This document shows, piece by piece, positions 59,424 to 64,000 of a DNA stretch of 64,000 nucleotides. The first letter of the stretch is position 1, and every line of letters starts with the position of its first letter. This DNA comes from an uncultured Acidobacteriota bacterium. GTDB taxonomy: Bacteria; Acidobacteriota; UBA6911. Location of the stretch: the NCBI GenBank assembly GCA_964651155.1, contig CAZYXB010000007.1, positions 40,273 through 104,272 of the forward strand, given 5' to 3'. Position numbers and translations under genes: made by a program. Under the pieces are notes generated by a model. The model saw nothing but the letters and a program-made list of their open reading frames with translations, was not told the DNA's origin and ran no database searches.

Positions 59424-59927
59424 TCAATTGCGGTAGTTGCCGAATTTCAGTTCCAATCCAAAATCCTTCTCCTTGATATGCCCGATCACCGCCTGGAGAT
59501 CGTCGCGATTCGGGGAGGAAACACGCATCTGATCCCCCTGGATTTCGGCCTGCACCCTTTTGATCTTCAACTCCTTGACGAATTTGACTATCGCGCGCGC
59601 GGTCTCGGTCGGGATCCCCTGCTGCAGCGAGATCTCCTGCGTAACCGTGCCTCCGGCGGCGGGAAGTATCTTTCCCGGCTGCAGATTCTTCGGCGGCACC
59701 TTCCGTCGGACCATCTTTTCCTGGAGGATGTCCCACATCGCCCGCAACTTGAAATCATCCGGACCGCGCAAAACGATTTTATTGTCGCCTCGGTTCAGTT
59801 CGATGTTCACGGGAAGCCCTTTGAAATCGTAGCGCTGCCTGATTTCCTTCAATGCCTGGTTGACGGCGTTGTCGACCTCCTGCATATCGCAGCCGCAGGT
59901 GACGTCAAAGGACTGGGAACCGGCCAT
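59424..59927 (-). CDS. yajQ: YajQ-family nucleotide / c-di-GMP-binding protein
   Basis: SFDV, QEVDNAVNQA.KEI.QRYDFKG, LQQGI, VQAEIQGDQMRV, DDLQAVI, FGNYR. Confidence 0.93.
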   Translation of the reverse strand: MAGSQSFDVTCGCDMQEVDNAVNQALKEIRQRYDFKGLPVNIELNRGDNKIVLRGPDDFKLRAMWDILQEKMVRRKVPPKNLQPGKILPAAGGTVTQEISLQQGIPTETARAIVKFVKELKIKRVQAEIQGDQMRVSSPNRDDLQAVIGHIKEKDFGLELKFGNYRN

Positions 59928-59945
59928 AGGTCTTCCCTCCCATCT

Positions 59946-62693
59946 TTATTGATTCGGTGCCCCGGAGGACTCCTCCAAGTCCCTCAGCAGGGACTCCAGT
60001 TTTCTCAGTTCTTCGCCGTAGGCGGACCAGTTTCCCTGCCGCTGCGCCCGGACCGCCCTCTCATACGTGTCTCGCAACTGCCGGATGGGATTCGCATCCC
60101 CCGCGTCCGGAACTGTTTCGGGCGCCGGACGGTCTCCGGGAAGCGGTTCCCCGGTCCCGGCCCCCTGGGAGATATTTCCCTTGAATATCCGTTCGATGGC
60201 CTCCTCCAGTGTCGGTTCCATGCTGATGTGGTTTTCATAGGCGGCGATGACCCGCTTCAGCTCGGGGATTTTTCCGCTTTCGGCACGCAGATAGAGGGGG
60301 CGAACGTAGAGCAGGGACTCCTGAATCGGTATGATCAACAGGTTGCCCAGCATGACCTGGGATCCGCGCTGATCCCACAGGGAGACCTGTCTGGAAATTT
60401 CCGCCTCCTGGTTGATCCGGGCGACGATCTGTCGCGGACCGTAGACGAGTTTCTGCTTGGGGAAGCGGTATACCGCGAGTTTCCCGTAGTTCTCCCCGTC
60501 GCTTCGGGCCACCATCCAGGCCGACAGGTTGTCCTTTCTCCCGGGGCTGAACGGAAGCATGAGGATGAATTCCTCCTTGTCCTCCTGCGGCAGCCGCATG
60601 ACCATGTAGTATGGGGACATGACGGTTTCCCCGCCGCTCCCCCCTATGGACGGGATCTGCCAGTTGTCCTCCTTGTTGTAGAAGACCTGGGGCGAACGCA
60701 TGTGGTAATCGGTATAGATGTAGGTCTGAACCCTGTAGATGTCTTCCGGATATCGGATATGCTTAAAAAGATCGGGGTCCATCTCCGATATCGGCCGGAA
60801 GACATCCGGGTAGATGCGCTGGTACACCTGGATCACGGGGTCGTCCGGATCGGCAACATAGATATCCACCGTCCCGTTGTAGGCGTCCACAATCATCTTC
60901 ACGGAATTTCGTATGTAGTTCCCCACGCCCGGTGTCTCGGCGGAGTAGGGATACCGGTCCGACACGGTGTACCCGTCCTGAATCCAGAAAATGCGGCCGT
61001 TCGATATCACCATGTACGAGTCGTGATCGAGCAGCACAAACGGGGCGAGCCGGCTGAGGCGCTGCCGAATGTCCCGGAAATACATAAAACGGCTTTCGTT
61101 AGTCACCTGGGGAGAAAAAACGACATTGGTGTCCCGGAAATAGAATGCGAACAAAAGCTTGCGCAGGATGGATTTGACGGCAACGCCGCCCGACCCCTCG
61201 TACATCGTGTAGACGTTCGTGTCCCCTGACGGATAGTCGAATTCCTTCTGCTTGGTTCCTACGATGGCATACTCCCGGGTAAGTTCCCCGTAGTATATTT
61301 CGGGACGGTCTATTTGAAACTCCGCATTCGCGGAATACGGAGGAATGTCCTTGACGATAAGTTCCGGCAATCCCTCCGACGTGGCTGTATTGACGGGACC
61401 GACGGCCGCACCAAACCCGTGCGTGTAGCTGAGATGCCTGTTGATCCAGGTCTGTTCGAGAAGGCTGTCCGAGTTCAGTTCCCGCGCGGAGAGCATGAAC
61501 TGCTTCAATTCGCCGTCGAGAACATACCGATCGTGGTCGGCGCTGATGAAATCGTAGTAGGTGCGGATCTCCTGAATCTGTTTCAGGGCATCCAGCAGAG
61601 GTTCCTGGTCCCACAGGCGGATACTGTGAATCGTAGTCGCGTTATTCTGAATGTCCTGCAGCGACAGCTGCACGTCCCCCGACAGATCCCGCTCCTCTAC
61701 CTTGTCCAGGGCATAGGCATGAAGGGTGGCCTCGATGTTGTGGGCGATCTGCGGGCTTTCCTTGTCATATTCGTTCGGGTTCACTATGAACTTCTGGATA
61801 ATGGAAGGATACAGGTTCCCCAGAAACATGACCACGACGTACAGGAAGATGGCGGAAATCCCGATACGGTTGCCGGCGGTGAAAATGTTGACCACAAACA
61901 GGACGGCGCACAGCAGCGCGCATAAACCCAGAATCGTCAGCAAGGGAATGCGGGCGTACAGGTCGGTATAGCTGGCGCCAGAAAAAACATTGTGGTGCCC
62001 GAAAAGCACTTCAAACCGGTTCAAAAACGCATTGGCCGCCAAGAGGACGAATATGAATGCGGCCAGAAGGGAAAGGTGAACGCTCATCCGCCGCCCGCTG
62101 CTGGAGCTTTTCAGCCCCTTCCAAGTCAGTGCGCCCTTGAAATAGTACAGGGCCAGAACGGCCGCGAGGGTCAGAAACCCCAGGATGAATCCAACGGTCA
62201 CAAGTTCCTTGAGAAAGGGGATCGTAAACATGTAAAAGGAAACATCCCTGGAAAAAACCGGATCTTCGATATTGAACGGAACACGGTGCGCCCAGCGCCA
62301 CACTTTCTCCCAGTGGCCGGCCTCGGTAAGCCCCAGAAGAAGCCCCACGAAAACCGACAGCAGCGCAATGACACGCCTCACCATCTCGGGCGTGACCGTA
62401 TAGGCCGTGATCTGCCCGTTCGGGGTCGGTATGCCGAGCTGAATCAGACCCGGGCTCCGATTGGCAAACAACAGGTTCAGATAGACGAACAAGAAGCCGA
62501 TCAGCAGCGCGCCGGCGCCCAGCAGGCTTTTGGCATAAAGGGCCGTTGTAAAAATGGTGGCCTTCCCCAGCTCGGCAAACCAGAGATAGTCAAAATACAT
62601 CTCTATGGCGAAGGATAAACCGCCGAAGAATAGAAAAAGAGCTACGATGACTGCCGTCAACATGAATCGTTTGCGCATAGGTCTCCCGCTCAT
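59946..62693 (-). CDS. UPF0182-family membrane protein
   Basis: DYLWF, DPVFSRDVSFY, PNEYDKESP.I.HNI.AT..AY, IRLWD, YTHGFG, NYIRNSVK.VDAYNG, YGPRQ, GNLLIIP, YVRPLY, PELKRVI. Confidence 0.92.
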   Translation of the reverse strand: MSGRPMRKRFMLTAVIVALFLFFGGLSFAIEMYFDYLWFAELGKATIFTTALYAKSLLGAGALLIGFLFVYLNLLFANRSPGLIQLGIPTPNGQITAYTVTPEMVRRVIALLSVFVGLLLGLTEAGHWEKVWRWAHRVPFNIEDPVFSRDVSFYMFTIPFLKELVTVGFILGFLTLAAVLALYYFKGALTWKGLKSSSSGRRMSVHLSLLAAFIFVLLAANAFLNRFEVLFGHHNVFSGASYTDLYARIPLLTILGLCALLCAVLFVVNIFTAGNRIGISAIFLYVVVMFLGNLYPSIIQKFIVNPNEYDKESPQIAHNIEATLHAYALDKVEERDLSGDVQLSLQDIQNNATTIHSIRLWDQEPLLDALKQIQEIRTYYDFISADHDRYVLDGELKQFMLSARELNSDSLLEQTWINRHLSYTHGFGAAVGPVNTATSEGLPELIVKDIPPYSANAEFQIDRPEIYYGELTREYAIVGTKQKEFDYPSGDTNVYTMYEGSGGVAVKSILRKLLFAFYFRDTNVVFSPQVTNESRFMYFRDIRQRLSRLAPFVLLDHDSYMVISNGRIFWIQDGYTVSDRYPYSAETPGVGNYIRNSVKMIVDAYNGTVDIYVADPDDPVIQVYQRIYPDVFRPISEMDPDLFKHIRYPEDIYRVQTYIYTDYHMRSPQVFYNKEDNWQIPSIGGSGGETVMSPYYMVMRLPQEDKEEFILMLPFSPGRKDNLSAWMVARSDGENYGKLAVYRFPKQKLVYGPRQIVARINQEAEISRQVSLWDQRGSQVMLGNLLIIPIQESLLYVRPLYLRAESGKIPELKRVIAAYENHISMEPTLEEAIERIFKGNISQGAGTGEPLPGDRPAPETVPDAGDANPIRQLRDTYERAVRAQRQGNWSAYGEELRKLESLLRDLEESSGAPNQ

Positions 62694-62868
62694 TATTTTG
62701 TCTACAACGCATTATGATGCGTAGGCACGCCCGCGGTCAACCCTGTTGACGGCCGCGAGCCCGATGAACCCGGCGCTTCAGTCCCGCAATGTCCCCGGGG
62801 GACGCCTCAAGAGCCTGGATTGAAAACTGCATCCTGCCGGTACTGCGGAAGGCCCATTCGGCCGGGCC

Positions 62869-62980
62869 GCGGCCGCCCGTACCGGGGAATCCTTCCAGCG
62901 CAGGCCCCCGCCCGCCGGCAAAACACGGTACGACCCAGCAGGACACCCGTCACCATGGGACTGCGGCCGCCCGTACCGGG
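62869..62980. repeat. exact 18-bp direct repeat, two copies 94 bp apart
   Basis: GCGGCCGCCCGTACCGGG at 62869-62886 and 62963-62980. Confidence 0.85.
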
Positions 62981-63029
62981 AGATATTTGTTGGATCCACG
63001 GGGGCCTTTCCTCTATCATAAAAGCTCCC

Positions 63030-64000
63030 ATGCCTATCAGGAACCGCCACGCCGCCCTACGCATACATCCATGGCTTTGGCGCACCGCACTGTCGGTCCT
63101 CATCGTGATTCCGGCTTCCATGCTCGTGCACCACTGTTGGAATATCTTCATGTCCGACCGCATCATCCGGTCCGAACCGACCATCGACGGGTACTCGAGG
63201 GCGCTCACCTATGATCCCTCGAACGCCAGCACGTGGTGGCGCCGCGGAAGGCTCCACCATTACTCCGTATTCCAGGCCGATATTGGGGCGGCCATCGACG
63301 ACTACCGCAACGCCCTCGAGCGGAATCCGCTGCTCGGGCAGGCATGGATGGACCTTTCCGACGCCCTCGAACGGGCAGGTCGCCCCGGTCCGGCCCGGGA
63401 AGCTCTGGAACACGCCCTGGAAATCCAGCCATATTCCCCCCTGATCCAATGGCAGGGGGGGAATTTTTTCCTCCGCAGAGGAGACCTCCCCAGAATGTAT
63501 GCGTGCTTCAGGACAGCCTGCCGCTACGACGCGGCCAAACTGGGGATAGCCATGGAAACCGCATGGAAGGTCGATCCCGATCGTAGCGGAATACTGCAGA
63601 AGCTCATCCCGGACGATTTCCGATCTACTTTTCGATACCTCGATTTCCTCGTGGGCAAGAATGAACTCGATCTGTCCGTTGCGGCGTGGGCGCGTTGTAT
63701 GAAGACCCCCGTCCCGCCGGAAATCGACCTAAAACCGTCCGCGCTGTTCCCCCTGATCGATCGGCTCCTTTCGGACAACCGGACTGCGGAAGCGCTCAGG
63801 GTTTGGGACGACGTGCTGCGCAAAGCGCGGACGGGGCTTTCCGATTCCCGGCTCACGCAGTTTGTTTCCCCCGAAAATCCCCGGCGCCCGGAGGACCTGG
63901 TCTGGAACGGATCTTTTGAAAACGGAATTCTCCGTGGAGGATTCGACTGGAGGTACACCCAGGAACCCGGGGTTCAGTTCGGTGTGGACACCGGAATACG
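63030..64000 (+). CDS. membrane-anchored TPR protein with C-terminal carbohydrate-binding-like domain (partial, runs off right edge)
   Basis: Open frame from ATG 63030 to the edge, absent from the ORF track because it has no stop; TM, TPR helices (ALERNPLLGQAWMDL), LVWNGSFENG..GGFDW. Confidence 0.75.
   Translation, partial: MPIRNRHAALRIHPWLWRTALSVLIVIPASMLVHHCWNIFMSDRIIRSEPTIDGYSRALTYDPSNASTWWRRGRLHHYSVFQADIGAAIDDYRNALERNPLLGQAWMDLSDALERAGRPGPAREALEHALEIQPYSPLIQWQGGNFFLRRGDLPRMYACFRTACRYDAAKLGIAMETAWKVDPDRSGILQKLIPDDFRSTFRYLDFLVGKNELDLSVAAWARCMKTPVPPEIDLKPSALFPLIDRLLSDNRTAEALRVWDDVLRKARTGLSDSRLTQFVSPENPRRPEDLVWNGSFENGILRGGFDWRYTQEPGVQFGVDTGI

Noticed and set aside
62869-62980. CRISPR array
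   Set aside because: Only two 18-bp units with a 76-bp spacer and no cas genes; outside CRISPR repeat and spacer norms.

Overview
A gene-dense, GC-rich bacterial chromosomal segment. Acidobacterial-type VWA, TonB-C and TPR proteins, a BlaI-family regulator and a HAMP-RsbU phosphatase suggest Acidobacteriota; several genes (holC, carB, ExeA/GspB, IorAB-like pair) resemble those of anaerobes or Deltaproteobacteria (inference). I can support about 47 CDSs, two of them partial at the window edges. They include an HNH nuclease, topA, EF-G2, rluD, thiI, a macrodomain protein, metY, a metX-metW fusion, Tat-type FeSOD, a GH3 glucosidase, argF, mutS2, ccsA-hemA-hemC-hemD, carB, holC, PMM/PGM, an M16 homologue, YgiQ, prmA, NYN, yajQ and UPF0182. 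There is also one tRNA-Asp(GTC) and one decayed pseudogene. I see no integrase, transposase, CRISPR array, rRNA or prophage, and I cannot demonstrate a complete new multi-gene system from this sequence alone. Best leads: (1) a switch-like structured leader of no class I recognise in front of metY-metXW, under an operator-like palindrome; (2) a large M16 protease homologue lacking the HxxEH Zn motif in both halves; (3) the structured, SD-less leader of the HNH gene; (4) an exact 18-bp direct repeat and several palindromic operator candidates; (5) a shattered Tat-flavodoxin-like gene still coupled to holC. Family assignments come from motifs recognised by eye, not from database searches. Start codons were adjusted from the ORF track where an RBS or family N-terminus supported it.
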